Shown: positions 19,797 through 30,832 of the stretch, piece after piece
Layout of the letters: every line of letters begins with the position of its first letter
Numbering within the stretch: the stretch's first letter is position 1
Assembly (NCBI GenBank): GCA_963769885.1
Contig: CAVYNH010000006.1
Span: forward strand, 192,001 to 256,000
Length of the DNA stretch: 64,000 bases
Source of the DNA: Methanobacteriota archaeon
Lineage (GTDB): Archaea > Thermoplasmatota > E2 > DHVEG-1
Reading direction: 5' to 3'
The notes under the pieces: generated by a model
Told to the model about the DNA's origin: nothing
Seen by the model: only the letters and a program-made list of their open reading frames with translations
Databases searched by the model: none
Made by a program: the position numbers and the translations under genes

Positions 19797-19815
19797 AATC
19801 AGTAAAGGAGGGGAG

Positions 19816-19903
19816 CGCTGAGGAGGAGATTTGAACTCCTGCCCCCCTTGCGGAGGACCGGCTCTCAAGGCCGGCGCAGTGGGCCGAACTTTGCTACCTC
19901 AGC
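19816..19903 (-). tRNA. tRNA-Ser (UGA)
   Basis: GCTGAGG/CCTCAGC acceptor stem, CCGGC-CTTGAGA-GCCGG, long variable arm, G discriminator. Confidence 0.93.
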
Positions 19904-20007
19904 AGGACCTCGTTTTTTCCTTTCTCTCATGGGTTAAACCAAAAACGGTATAAAAAGAGTGGTACAAGAGTGGGGGAAAGAGAAGGAGGAGACAAGATGG
20001 TTCTCGT

Positions 20008-20322
20008 CTATGATTTGAGGACGATCTCGATGTGCACGCCGTCCGGGACTGAAATCCGCATCAGCTGGCGGAGCGCCCGGTCGCTGGCATCGAGGTCGAT
20101 GAGGCGCTTGTGCACCCGCATCTCCCAGTGGTCGATGGTCTCCGTACCCTCGCCATCGGGTGACTTGCGGCAGGGGACGCGCAGGCGTTTGGTCGGGAGC
20201 GGCACCGGTCCTTTCAGGGCGACGCCGGTCTTCTCTGCGATCATCTTGATTTGTGAGCAGACTTCGTCAAGCTTCTTTGCTTCCGTGCTGGTGAGTGAGA
20301 TTCGCGCTTTTTGTGCTGGCAT
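20008..20322 (-). CDS. rpsJ: 30S ribosomal protein S10 (uS10)
   Basis: [27 protein letters not shown]. Confidence 0.97.
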   Translation of the reverse strand: MPAQKARISLTSTEAKKLDEVCSQIKMIAEKTGVALKGPVPLPTKRLRVPCRKSPDGEGTETIDHWEMRVHKRLIDLDASDRALRQLMRISVPDGVHIEIVLKS

Positions 20323-20378
20323 GGTCCGGTACCTCAGGATCGTTTCAAAGAAAGGGGATAGAAAGCGAAGTATGTGTC

Positions 20379-21662
20379 CTACTTCGCTGCCTCGACTTCA
20401 AGACAGACGCCGGCGGCGACGGTCTGGCCCATGTCGCGGATGGCGAACCGGCCAAGCTGTGGGATCTTCTTGGACGGTTCGATGACCATGGGTCGGGTCG
20501 GGACGATCTTGACGATTGCGGCGTCCCCGGTCTTGATGAAGTCAGGGTTCTCCTCTTTGACTTGTCCAGTTTTGGGATCGAGTTTCTTTTGTATTTCTTC
20601 GAAGCGGCACGCGACCTGTGCGGTGTAGCAGTGGAAAACAGGCGTGTACCCCTTGGTGATGACGGATGGGTGGTTCAGGACCATGATCTGCGCGGTGAAG
20701 GATTTTGCGACGGTCGGCGGGTCGTTGGGCGGGCCTGCGACGTCACCACGGCGGATCTGGTTCTTGTCGACACCTCGGACGTTGACCCCGACGTTGTCGC
20801 CGGGCATGCCCTGGGCGATCTGCTCGTGATGCATCTCGATGGTCTTGACCTCGCCGGTGACCCCGCCGGGCTTCATGCTGGGCTTGAAGATGATCTGCTG
20901 CCCGGGCTTCATGATGCCGCATTCAATCTTGCCGACCGGGACGGTGCCGACTCCCTTGATGGAGTAGACGTCCTGGATGGGCCAGCGGAGTGGGAGGTTC
21001 ACGGGCTTCTCAGGAACAGTGAAATTGTCGATTGCAGCGAGGATGGTCGGGCCGGTCCACCAGGTGAGCTTGGCCTTGTCCTTGATGTTGTCGCCGATGA
21101 AGGCGGAGACGGGGAGGAACTGGAGCTGCTCGTCCTTGTAGCCGACGCTCTTGGCGAGCTGGTGGACGTCGTTCTTGACCTGCTCATAGCGGGCCTTGTC
21201 GTAGGGCGGGGTGGTCGCGTCCATCTGGTTGATGGCGACGATCATCTGCTTGACGCCGAGGGTTCTGGCCAGGAACATGTGCTCCTTGGTCTGGGCCATG
21301 ACGCCGTGCTGGGCGGCGACGACGAGGATGGCAGCGTCCGCCTGGGACGTGCCGGTGATCATGTTCTTGACGAAGTCACGGTGGCCGGGGGCGTCGATGA
21401 TCGTGATGTAGTACTTGTTGGTGTCGAACCGCTTATGCGCGACATCAATCGTGACACCGCGTTCGCGTTCTTCCTTGAGTTGGTCGAAGATCCAGGCGAG
21501 CGCAAAGCTTTCTTTTCCCTTGGCTTTCGCCTCTTCTCTGAATTTCTCGACCATGTGAGCCGGGAACTGGCCGGTATCTAGGAGAATCCGACCGACGAGT
21601 GTAGACTTCCCGTGATCAACGTGACCAATAATTACCAGGTTCAGGTGTGGTTTCTCTGCCAT
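20379..21662 (-). CDS. tuf: Translation elongation factor EF-1alpha
   Basis: [40 protein letters not shown]. Confidence 0.98.
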   Translation of the reverse strand: MAEKPHLNLVIIGHVDHGKSTLVGRILLDTGQFPAHMVEKFREEAKAKGKESFALAWIFDQLKEERERGVTIDVAHKRFDTNKYYITIIDAPGHRDFVKNMITGTSQADAAILVVAAQHGVMAQTKEHMFLARTLGVKQMIVAINQMDATTPPYDKARYEQVKNDVHQLAKSVGYKDEQLQFLPVSAFIGDNIKDKAKLTWWTGPTILAAIDNFTVPEKPVNLPLRWPIQDVYSIKGVGTVPVGKIECGIMKPGQQIIFKPSMKPGGVTGEVKTIEMHHEQIAQGMPGDNVGVNVRGVDKNQIRRGDVAGPPNDPPTVAKSFTAQIMVLNHPSVITKGYTPVFHCYTAQVACRFEEIQKKLDPKTGQVKEENPDFIKTGDAAIVKIVPTRPMVIEPSKKIPQLGRFAIRDMGQTVAAGVCLEVEAAK

Positions 21663-21813
21663 AGTCTCTTTTACCTCCGACGTAGGTAGTTTTTGCCTAG
21701 TATTTTAGGTTTATCCCTAACTTCGGATGCTTTCTAGGTTTGATAGCGTATAGCCTTCTTGTTTATAAGGTTTACCTCGGAGAATTTCCAGAAGAAAATC
21801 GTGGAAAAAAAAG

Positions 21814-23203
21814 TCAGCGGGAAAGGTCGTGGATGACGGTCTCGACGATGGCTTTGTATTGACGTGTGAGCGCCTCGGCTTTGGGCTTGGTTTTTGCTTG
21901 GACGTAGACGCGGAAAATCGGCTCGGTGCCGGACGGGCGCATGAGCACCCAGCCGTCGCGGACGAAGAGTTTGACGCCGTCGGTGCGGTCGACGCCGGTG
22001 ACGTCCGGGTTGCCCTTGACGCGTTGGACGATGGCGTCCATGACCGCCTGTTTTTTGTCGTGGGGGCAGGGCATCTTGGATTTGTTCACCTCGTACTTCG
22101 GGATGGTGGCAATCAGGGAGGATAATGGCTGTTTTTCTTTCGTGAGGATCTCCAAGACCATGGCTAGGCTCATCGCGGAGTCCCGGCAGTACCTGGAGCT
22201 GGGGGAAGATGAGGCCGCCGTTCTCTTCGCCGCCGAAGATGGCTTGCCGTTCCATCATGACGCGGGCGACGATGGGGCTGCCGACCGCGGTGTAGACGAC
22301 CTGGCCGCCGTTTTCTTTGATGACATCTTCGAAGCAGGTGGAGGTGGTAACGGGAGTGACGGCGATGCCGCCATGTGCCTGTTTGGTGAGGTAGCGTCCG
22401 GCGAGGGCGAGGCTTTGGTCGCCCCAGACGTAGGTGCCGTGCTCGTCGACGAAGATGGCGCGGTCCGCGTCTCCGTCCTGGGCGATGCCGAAGTCCGCGT
22501 CGTGCTCAGGGACGGCTTTTATCAGGGCGCTGAGGTTGTCAGGAATCGGCTCACTGTTGCGTCCGGGGAAGGTGCCGTCGGGTTCGCAGAAGAGGGGGGT
22601 GAAGGTGCAGCCGAGTTTCTTGAGCAGGATGGGGGTGACGAGGCTGCCTGCGCCGTTGCCGCAGTCGAGGACGATATGATATTTCTTTTTCTTGATGGCG
22701 GCGACATCGACGCATTTGAGGATGCCGTTGATGTAGAGGGCGATGGCGCCGTCCCAGGTGCTGAGGGCGCCGACGTTCTTCCAGTCTGCTAACTTGTAGG
22801 CTTGTGTGAAGTAGAGGTCTTCGATGGCGTTTTCGACGTCTTTGGAGAACTCGGTGCCGTCGGCGGCGACGCCTTTGATGCCGTTGAACTGTGGGGGGTT
22901 GTGGGAGGCGGTGATGATGACGCCGGAGTCGTAGCCTTGCTCACGAACGGTGTACTGCAGGGTGGGGGTGGGGACGAGGCTGACGTCGGTGACGTCGCAG
23001 CCGGTGGCGAGCAGGCCGGCGCTGATGGCGGTTTTGAGCATGGTGTTGGAGAGTCGGGCGTCGGTGCCAATCGCGACTTTAGGCCGGGTTTTTTGCTGCC
23101 GGAGGAGTGTGCCCCAGGCTTTGCCGATGCCTAAGGCGAGGTCGGTGTTCATGTCTTCGTTGACGACGCCGCGGATGCCGTTGGTGCCGAAGAGTTTGGA
23201 CAT
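21814..23203 (-). CDS. glmM: Phosphoglucosamine mutase/phosphohexomutase; apparent frameshift at about 22192
   Basis: FGTNGIRG, TASHNP, DGDADR, GGEENGG; +1 shift restores QYCRDSAMS..RPSGTEP. Confidence 0.88.
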
Positions 23204-23247
23204 AGGGGGGATTCTCCTTTATGAAATATTTTGATTTTTCTTGGTTT

Positions 23248-24276
23248 TTATTCTTCGAGGACGTTGCCGATCTGCTTGGCGGGGTAGCCTGGCGGGATGG
23301 GCTGGGTCCAGACGATGGCGTTGGAGAGCCTGGTGTTGGGCTGGATGGTCTCATGGTCGCCGACGGCGACGTCTTCGAGGATTGCACCGTCGCCGATGTG
23401 GCAGCCTTCGCCGAGGACGCTGCGGCGGATGGTGGTCTGGGCGCCGATGATGGCGTCGTTGAAGACGACGGAGGAGTCGACGAAAGCCTTGGCTCCGACG
23501 GTGACATGGTTTCCGAGGCAGGATGCGGTGAGCGTGCCTTTGTTTATGGTGTGTGCTCCGGTGAGGTTCTGCTGGTGGTGTTGTTTGAGGAGTTGTTGGT
23601 TGACGTCAAGGTAGCTGCTGATGCGGCCGACGTCGATCCAGTAGCCTTGGAATTGGTAGCCGTAGAAGCGGTCAGTGTCGCGGATGATCTGGGGGAAGAT
23701 CTCTTTTTCCATGCTGATGAGGCGGCCGGGTGGGATGTAGTCCAGGACTGTTTTTTCGAGGAGGTAGGCGCCGGCGTTGATAAGGTTGCTGGGGGCGTCT
23801 TGTGGCTTGGGTTTTTCGACGAACTTGGTGATTTTTTTGTCCGGGGTGAGTGCGACGACGCCGTATTCGGAGACGTGGTCGACGGGCCAGAGGGAGATTG
23901 AGGCGACGGCGTTGTTTTTTTCGTGGAAGCGGAGCATGTGTTCGAGGTTGATGGAGGCGATGATGTCGGCGTTGAGGACGAAGAAGCGGCCGGTGAGGTA
24001 GTGGTCGGCGAATCTGACGGCGCCGCCGGTGCCGAGGGGCTGGGGCTCCTGGTTGACGATGATGGTTTGTGGGAGGTGGAGGGCGTCGATGGCGGCTTGG
24101 ATTTGGTCGCGGCGGTAGTTGACGGCGAGGATGACGGTGTCGACTTCTGGGGGGAGGCTGTGGAGGATGTAGGTGATCATGGGTTTGTTGAGGATGGGGA
24201 GTAGGGGTTTGGCTCGGGTGAAGGTGAAGGGACGCAGGCGGGTGCCGAAGCCTCCGGCGAGGATGATGGCCTCCAT
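23248..24276 (-). CDS. NDP-sugar synthase (nucleotidyltransferase with hexapeptide repeats)
   Basis: ILAGGFGTRLRP..KPLLP, FVEKP, WIDVG. Confidence 0.92.
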   Translation of the reverse strand: MEAIILAGGFGTRLRPFTFTRAKPLLPILNKPMITYILHSLPPEVDTVILAVNYRRDQIQAAIDALHLPQTIIVNQEPQPLGTGGAVRFADHYLTGRFFVLNADIIASINLEHMLRFHEKNNAVASISLWPVDHVSEYGVVALTPDKKITKFVEKPKPQDAPSNLINAGAYLLEKTVLDYIPPGRLISMEKEIFPQIIRDTDRFYGYQFQGYWIDVGRISSYLDVNQQLLKQHHQQNLTGAHTINKGTLTASCLGNHVTVGAKAFVDSSVVFNDAIIGAQTTIRRSVLGEGCHIGDGAILEDVAVGDHETIQPNTRLSNAIVWTQPIPPGYPAKQIGNVLEE

Positions 24277-24434
24277 AGTGTTCTCCTCAGGGATGTTGGT
24301 GTGGTTGCTGGTGTGCTAAAACGCGGGTTCTTTTAATAGTTACCGTTCAGGTTCCTTGGTTGTTCTAGGATGGCGGTAGGCAAAGTTTTATATTCTGAGG
24401 GAAAATAATTACCAATGCTTAGGGAGGCTTGCAG

Positions 24435-25301
24435 ATGAAGTTGCGTGTGAAGCGGAACGTGACCGTGCTTGGGTCGGTGTTCTTGATGGTCTGTGTGGTG
24501 CTGCCGTCGGTGGGCGCCGGCTTGATTGCGACGAAAGCGGATGCTTCGCGCGGGCGGGCTGGGGCGCCGACGGCGTCCAGTACGGGGGTGTTTTGGGGAC
24601 TGATCTTCGCGGTCGGGTACTATTATAACCATCCTGATAAGAACCGTCCGGAGATGATTAATGCCTCGAATAGCTTGCAGGCGACGCTGTTGGATTCGTC
24701 GAACTGGCAGCCGGATCATATCCATCTGGTGCAAGGTAGCGAGGCGACAGGGAAGCGGCTGATGCAGGAGCTGCGGTGGCTAGCGAAGAACTCGCAGCCA
24801 GGGGATTACGTCTTGGTGTACATCACGACGCATGGGGCGCAGATGCGTCTCAATGGGCGGCCGTTGGATCTGCCACCGAAGGACGAGCCGGATGGGATGG
24901 ATGAGTTCCTGATGATGTACAACGGGTTCGACAAGTGGTATTCCATCGTGTGGGATGACCCGTTGAACCTCTGCCTGAGTGCCATCAAGTGCCAGGGGCT
25001 GTGTTTGATTGTCGACAGCTGCTTCAGCGGCGGGTTCAACGACCGGCCGCTGCCGTCCTCGGGTCAGCAGCGGGTCGTGCTGATGTCCTGTGCGGAGAAT
25101 GAGGAGTCGTACGGCACTTCTTTCTCTGATTCCCTGATCACGGGGTTCCAGGGCTGGGCGGATTGGGTACTCTTCGGCGGGAACGGTGACGGCGTCGTCA
25201 CCGCGGAGGAAGCCTTTGGGTTTGCCCAATACTTTGTCTCAGGGCAGACGCCGACGATTGCGGATTACTCCAGCGCTGAGTTTCCAGTGACGTACGTCTG
25301 A
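24435..25301 (+). CDS. Secreted caspase-family (clan CD) peptidase
   Basis: Signal peptide; YITTHG and IVDSCFSGGF dyad; NGDGVVTAEEAF. Confidence 0.82.
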   Translation: MKLRVKRNVTVLGSVFLMVCVVLPSVGAGLIATKADASRGRAGAPTASSTGVFWGLIFAVGYYYNHPDKNRPEMINASNSLQATLLDSSNWQPDHIHLVQGSEATGKRLMQELRWLAKNSQPGDYVLVYITTHGAQMRLNGRPLDLPPKDEPDGMDEFLMMYNGFDKWYSIVWDDPLNLCLSAIKCQGLCLIVDSCFSGGFNDRPLPSSGQQRVVLMSCAENEESYGTSFSDSLITGFQGWADWVLFGGNGDGVVTAEEAFGFAQYFVSGQTPTIADYSSAEFPVTYV

Positions 25302-25415
25302 CGCCTTGACGGGGGCGCTGCCCCTCTGGTTTCTTCGGTTTCTTGGTGGGAAAACTATTAATTGGATTGTTTCATTCAGGAACGCACAAGGCCCCTCTTG
25401 GGGGTTGTGGTCATC

Positions 25416-25489
25416 GGGCTCGTGGTCTAGTTGGTTATGACGTCTCCTTGACACGGAGGAGGTCTTGAGTTCGAATCTCAACGAGCCCA
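25416..25489 (+). tRNA. tRNA-Val (GAC)
   Basis: GGGCTCG/CGAGCCC acceptor stem, TCTCC-TTGACAC-GGAGG, TTGAG-TTCGAAT-CTCAA. Confidence 0.95.
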
Positions 25490-25621
25490 CTCCACTTCTT
25501 CTTATCTCATCCTCCTAGTGGGCATTTAACGCATTCAATCCATGAAGAGAAAACAGAATAAATTACCAGATGAATGTGAGATAGTAGGGAACAATAGGAA
25601 AAAAGAGCGGCGAAAGAAGAG

Positions 25622-25900
25622 ATGGTCGAAGATTATAATATTGAAAAAGACAAGGACATAAGAGCCTCATCTGTCCAAGGAGGAAAAATCATTGGGGAAA
25701 AATTATCATTATTCTCCTTTGTCATCGGGATACCATTGTTAATCATCGGATTGTTCTCGCTTTTTTTCATGATGTGCGGTCCTGGAGTACCTGTGAATAC
25801 GGCTGTACTCATCGCATCTCTACTAGTCTTTGTGATAGGCTTGTTATTGACGATTGGCGGAATCACAATTAAAAAGAGCAGGACGCGAGAGAGGGCTTGA
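25622..25900 (+). CDS. Small 2-TM membrane protein (AT-rich, inside tRNA islet)
   Basis: 92-aa ORF with two hydrophobic helices; low GC. Confidence 0.65.
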   Translation: MVEDYNIEKDKDIRASSVQGGKIIGEKLSLFSFVIGIPLLIIGLFSLFFMMCGPGVPVNTAVLIASLLVFVIGLLLTIGGITIKKSRTRERA

Positions 25901-25925
25901 GTTCGGATCCCAACGAGCCCACTCC
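25891..25925 (+). repeat. Degenerate direct repeat of the tRNA-Val 3' end (att-like)
   Basis: gagggcttgagttcggatcccaacgagcccactcc versus tRNA gaggtcttgagttcgaatctcaacgagcccactcc (3 mismatches). Confidence 0.85.
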
Positions 25926-26031
25926 GCTCATTCTGCATCTCTGCTTCTCGACGCTGCTTCCTGCCCAAACGCCTGTTTCTCGTCTAAAATTATATATATT
26001 ATAGAGTGATTATAAAATAGAACGTGACGTT

Positions 26032-27633
26032 ATGGCCGATAGCAGCAGAAAAAAACGTGAGATGGCCATCGGGATGGCCCTTCTTTTATTGCTCGTGAGT
26101 GGAGGGGTTACTTCGGGCTCAGCGACGGCATCGAACCCAGCCGGGGGCCGCGCCATAGCAAAAGGGGGGAGTCCTGGGAGCTTTTTAACCATGTATGACT
26201 TCAATGGGACGACGCCCCCGTCTTCAGGCCAGAGGGCATGCCACCGGTTAGGGGTGCAGCATCCCGGCCGCGGACCGCCGACGTCCGGGCCAGAGCTCGA
26301 CAACCTGACGGAGTTCAGCACACCGGAGTACACCAGTATCTCCCGGCTCGACGGGAACCGGGTAAACACATTTTCTGAAGAGGGGCGGCCGCTCCAGTTT
26401 TTCCAGTTCATGATCAAGGAGAACGTCTCAGAGATCCGGAATCTGAAAATAGCCTGGTACGGACATGCCAGCGACCGCTCCGCCTATCTCTACATCTGGA
26501 ACTTCAAGGATTCTGACTGGGAATTGGTCGGCGTCAACAGGTTCGTGACATCGGATGAGCAAATATCCAAGACCTACATCAGCGACATCTCCGATTACAT
26601 CAACAGCACATGCGGACGTCTGTACCTAGTCGTCATCCCCAAAACCATCGCAATCTTCAGTCAGCGCATTGACACGGATTACGTCCAGGTACTGGTCGGC
26701 AACCCGAGCACAATAACGCTGCAGGACGACGCCTACCACCACCACAACGAGACGACGTATGTAGAATGGTGGTTCTTCCAAGTCATCAACGTCACCCAGG
26801 ACCTCCAATTCTACATCGGCTACTATGTCCTGAACCCACGGAACGGGTTCGCCCTGATCTCCATCGGAGTCTTCGAAAAAAACGAAAGCTACCAGATCCA
26901 GAAGCTGTATCCCTCCTCAGCCTTCCAAGCGTCTCATGAAAGACCGGACGTCAGGCTAGGGGATTCCTCCCTCACCGCCGCAAGCGAGAACACCTTTCTC
27001 GTCAACGGCAGCATCAGAAATATACGGCACAGTATGACCTGGAACCTGGTGTTCGAGCGGACTGCACCTCCGTTTGATTTCCTCGAGTCCGCAGGGGAGA
27101 CGCAGTACCTCTGCTACCTCCCAGGAGCCTGGGTGAATGGGACGATAAAACTAGACAATGTCTCCTATTCGCTGGGCGGGTCCTACGGCTACCATGACCA
27201 CAACTGGGGAGGCGAACCGTACCTCCCCTGCCAGTGGACGTGGGCAGACGCCTGCCGGCCGGAGGACGCCTTCGCGCTCGCCATGGAGCAGGTCGAGCAT
27301 CTCACCTGGCATACACAGAATCTTTTTGTGGCATTCGAAGGTATCGTGACGTCTTTTGAGGACGTCCAGACAACGTACAAGGATTTCCGATTTGACGTCC
27401 ACCGATCGCTGCCGCTGTTCACGTGGTATCCTGTAACCCGGCAAGTCCATGCAGTAAACAAAGAGGGATATGCAATAGATTTCACAGCAGAGGTCCAGAA
27501 GAACATCCCCCTGTACTTCGGATATCCCCGCGTCTTGAACGAACAGATATCCCTGTTCCGAGGATCGTTGTCGAAGGATGGAGCCCCGATCTATACTTTT
27601 AAAGTACTAGGGTTCACTGATTATACGAGTTAA
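26032..27633 (+). CDS. Secreted protein with C-terminal CrtC/AttH/tocopherol-cyclase-like domain
   Basis: Signal peptide; YVEWWFF and GYHDHNWG motifs. Confidence 0.65.
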   Translation: MADSSRKKREMAIGMALLLLLVSGGVTSGSATASNPAGGRAIAKGGSPGSFLTMYDFNGTTPPSSGQRACHRLGVQHPGRGPPTSGPELDNLTEFSTPEYTSISRLDGNRVNTFSEEGRPLQFFQFMIKENVSEIRNLKIAWYGHASDRSAYLYIWNFKDSDWELVGVNRFVTSDEQISKTYISDISDYINSTCGRLYLVVIPKTIAIFSQRIDTDYVQVLVGNPSTITLQDDAYHHHNETTYVEWWFFQVINVTQDLQFYIGYYVLNPRNGFALISIGVFEKNESYQIQKLYPSSAFQASHERPDVRLGDSSLTAASENTFLVNGSIRNIRHSMTWNLVFERTAPPFDFLESAGETQYLCYLPGAWVNGTIKLDNVSYSLGGSYGYHDHNWGGEPYLPCQWTWADACRPEDAFALAMEQVEHLTWHTQNLFVAFEGIVTSFEDVQTTYKDFRFDVHRSLPLFTWYPVTRQVHAVNKEGYAIDFTAEVQKNIPLYFGYPRVLNEQISLFRGSLSKDGAPIYTFKVLGFTDYTS

Positions 27634-27731
27634 TCAAGGATCCGACGTATGATTTTCTCTTTTCTACCGACCTTCGAGTCGGATACGTTCATCATACTAT
27701 AAGCAGGCGAGGAGCAGGATGATACCGATGA

Positions 27732-28154
27732 TTATACCGTAGGTCTGACGATGCCGCAGCTGGGACAACGTTCGTCATGTACGCAGAGGACGCCCCCGCA
27801 CTTTGGGCAGTGCCACCGCACTTCTTCATTCTGGATGAACCGCCTCATGCCATCGCGCTTTATTGCGCTAAGGTTCCGGATCACGCTTTCATGGTACCTC
27901 GTCTGATACCGCTGGTTCAAGTGTTGTAATCGGCCGCAGGGGAATTCCTCGCATTCGAAGCAGAACTGAAATGAATTTTTTCTAAGGTTCTTGCACCGTC
28001 TGATTTTGCATTGCGACCGCGTCTTCGGCTTCTTTTCTCGATCGTCTCGGCAGCCACGACAGGGGTTCTTTTCCCGAAGATAGGCTCGGCAGACGCGGCA
28101 GTCGATTCCGCAGGGAGCGACCAGTCTCGTGGAGAAACTATTTTTTGACGTCAT
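27732..28154 (-). CDS. DUF3795 Cys-rich protein
   Basis: APCGIDCRVC..CRGCR..CKIRRC..FCFECEEFPC..CPKCGG..CPSC. Confidence 0.85.
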   Translation of the reverse strand: MTSKNSFSTRLVAPCGIDCRVCRAYLREKNPCRGCRDDREKKPKTRSQCKIRRCKNLRKNSFQFCFECEEFPCGRLQHLNQRYQTRYHESVIRNLSAIKRDGMRRFIQNEEVRWHCPKCGGVLCVHDERCPSCGIVRPTV

Positions 28155-29404
28155 GAGTGAATCCTCTTGCTTGGTGGTCGTGATGGCGCACGACTTGGGA
28201 GCAAGACCAGGCGAAGGATCGATATGAGGCGACCACCCATGGCAGTGGGTCATCCCGGGAGAATGTGGCGTAGACGTTATCAGGGCGGTATGCGGAAAAC
28301 CAGTCTTTTATGGAAAGTGTTCCGTGGCGTAGGCCTGAGAGCCCTGAGAGGAGATCCTCAGCCCCGAACACCCAGCGCAGAGAGGCGTCGTCATGCGGAG
28401 TGGAGGCTGGGAGCGGCTTGCCGAGGGCATCGAGGTACGCCAGGTGCGCATGGCTGCAGCCGAGGCGCGCCGGGAAGCTGTTCTGCATCCAGAGCCGCGG
28501 GTTAATCTCGATGAGCTTCATGTGCCCGTCGCGTGGATCTCGACGGAACTCGACATCGACGATCCCATGATATTGTAGGGGATGAAGCAGGGAGGTCGTC
28601 ATCTGCTCGAGCGAAGGCTCCTGGGCCTGTCGAAGGCAGCAGCCGTTGCCGAAATCCAACGGCCATTCCCGGACCCGTTCGTAGACGAAGGCGCCGTGCA
28701 CACCACCGTTCTTGTCGTAGTAGGCGTTGAACCCGTGCATGGCCGCGGCGGTCCCTGGGATAATCTCCTGGGCGATCATGGCATGGCCTTTCTCGGCGGC
28801 CTTGCCGACCTGTTCGATGAACTGCTTTGGGTCGGAGGCGAGGAAGCCCTTGGTGGGAAAATCGAGGCGAAACCGTGTGGGGTACCGGGGCTTGAGGATG
28901 CAGGGGTAGGAAATCTCCTTGCTCGCGACGGTGAGGTCGCTGCCGGGGTCGATAATCAATGTAACGGGGTGGGGAATGTGGTACTGCTCGAGGAGGCGGG
29001 CGAGTGATTGCTTGTCGATGAGGCGGTCAAGGAGTCTCATAGGAAGGTGAGGTGAAGTGGTAGTACGGGGCGAGGTCATCCTGATGTTTAGCCAGGAGGA
29101 GTGCTTCGGTGTCACCCGTGGGGAACAGAACGCCTTTGCAGGGGAGCTGGCGTCCGAGGTCGGCAAGGAACCGGATGTAGGCGTCTGGGGATTTGGTGTG
29201 GTCTGATGCGACCAGGCCGAGGGCGTACTTGGAGTAGAAGGAGGATTGTTTTCGGGCGTCGATGATGAGGGTGGGGAGGTGATGGGGGGCGAGGCTGTGG
29301 ACGACGCCGAGGTTGGAGGTGGAGTAGGCGCCGAGGATGATGGCAGATGGGGTGTGCTCGTCGAAGGTTTGGAGGTAGCGGGCTAGCGGTTGGACAGGCG
29401 TCAT
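28138..29404 (-). CDS. ATP-grasp carboxylate-amine ligase (D-aspartate ligase-like); apparent frameshift at about 29032
   Basis: LGVVHSL, VLFPTGD, YPCILKP, QEIIPG, VEFRRDPRDG..LIEINPR, FSRDDPLP. Confidence 0.78.
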
Positions 29405-29532
29405 CCCCTTTTTATAGGGAGGAAACATGAGGGGCAGGGTATTTGAGTCTTTAGGTTCTTGCGAGGCCGTGGATGGTCGAAGGGTGGAAAGGGATAAATA
29501 TCGGGTGCGCCCATCAAACTCGTGGGGCGCGT

Positions 29533-30778
29533 ATGCGGTTGTTGAAGGCTGGGTCGCTCGTCGTGATCGGTGTTCTGCTTGTCTCGGCGTCATCCAGCAT
29601 GGTAGTTTCCTCGACGCCGGGTCTGCTGGGATGCGCGCCTGCCCATGTCATCGAGGGCGTCCCATACATCGCCCAGACCGGCCGGATTTACTGTTACTAC
29701 GCCTGCCTCGCCATGGTCCTCAACTTCATGGGGTTGAACACCTCGCTGGACGAGATTCTGTTTTTCGGCGGTGTGGGCTACGCCCATGCTTGCGATAATG
29801 GCAGCCGGCTCCCAAGTCCAAGGGTGTATTCCACGGACGTGCTCGGGTACTTCGGCGTGCAGGAGAGCCAGTGGTACGCGGGGATCCCCGATCCTCCGTC
29901 CGAGGAGAACTGGACTGCCTTTTGCATTCGGTTCCAGGAGAACATCACGAACGATCGTCCTGTGTTGGTCATCGTGGATCCGTTCTCCCTGCCGTCCCTT
30001 CGGGGGCAGTATGCCGTCGGCGATCGTATCTGGAGCGGCCTGTTTTCCTCTGGCATCCACGTCATCCTTCTCATCGGCTACGACTCAGCGAATGAGAGCG
30101 TCTGCTATCAGGATCCGAACGCGGGCTACTACGGCTCGTCGCGGTTCGGCGACCATGCCTGGATGACCTTCTCTGAACTGAGGACAGCCACTGAAAGCAG
30201 CATCGTCCCCTATTACGAGATTGGGACATTCACCCAAGTGTCCCCGGCACCTCCGCGAGCGGAAGCGGCGGCATTAGCGTTGCAACACAACCACGAGTTG
30301 CTGAACGGCTCCCGGCCGTACAGCGGCATCAATGCAACGAAGCAGCTCTGTCAATGGTACATCTGCTGAGAACAGGTCGGAAACGATTACGCTGTACGGG
30401 CAGCAGGGGGGCCCACGTCAACATGTTCTGCTCGTTCGATTCCTTCACCTGCTGTTGTCGGTCCTACGACCGTTGAAGCCCAACGTCTTCGACCTCCTTT
30501 CTCTTGCGCCTCACGATCCCTTCAAGGAGATTGCGGTGGGGAAGAATCATGTCGCTGACTACCTCGGCGCCGCCACTTTTCTTGCCTGGGGCGCCAATGA
30601 ATCGCGGTTGCTCCGCGACGAGGCACGACTTTGGGAGGACCTGTCGCAGCGCTACGAGGTGTTCCTCCTCGGGGGCGGCTTTGTCCGGGACCCATTATCA
30701 GAAAACATAATGGAGACGATGGAGAATCGGATGCATCAGGTGCTCGAGGCTGAACAGACCATCCTCGACAACGATTAA
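29533..30778 (+). CDS. Secreted C39-like/papain-fold peptidase-domain protein; apparent frameshift at about 30361
   Basis: GVPYIAQ..YCYYACLAMVL, HVILLIGYD..YQDP. Confidence 0.68.
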
Positions 30779-30832
30779 GCTCGTTTTTTCTTCCGTAAGA
30801 AAAATGGAAAAATAGAAAAAAAGGGGGGATCG

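Noticed and set aside
19816-19903. Selenocysteine or suppressor tRNA
   Set aside because: The anticodon is UGA (reads UCA, Ser), not UCA; normal 7-bp acceptor stem.
21734-22190. C-terminus of the 489-aa glmM ORF as given in the track
   Set aside because: Out-of-frame read-through after the frameshift; the true C-terminal domain (RPSGTEP) is in ORF 21814..22173.
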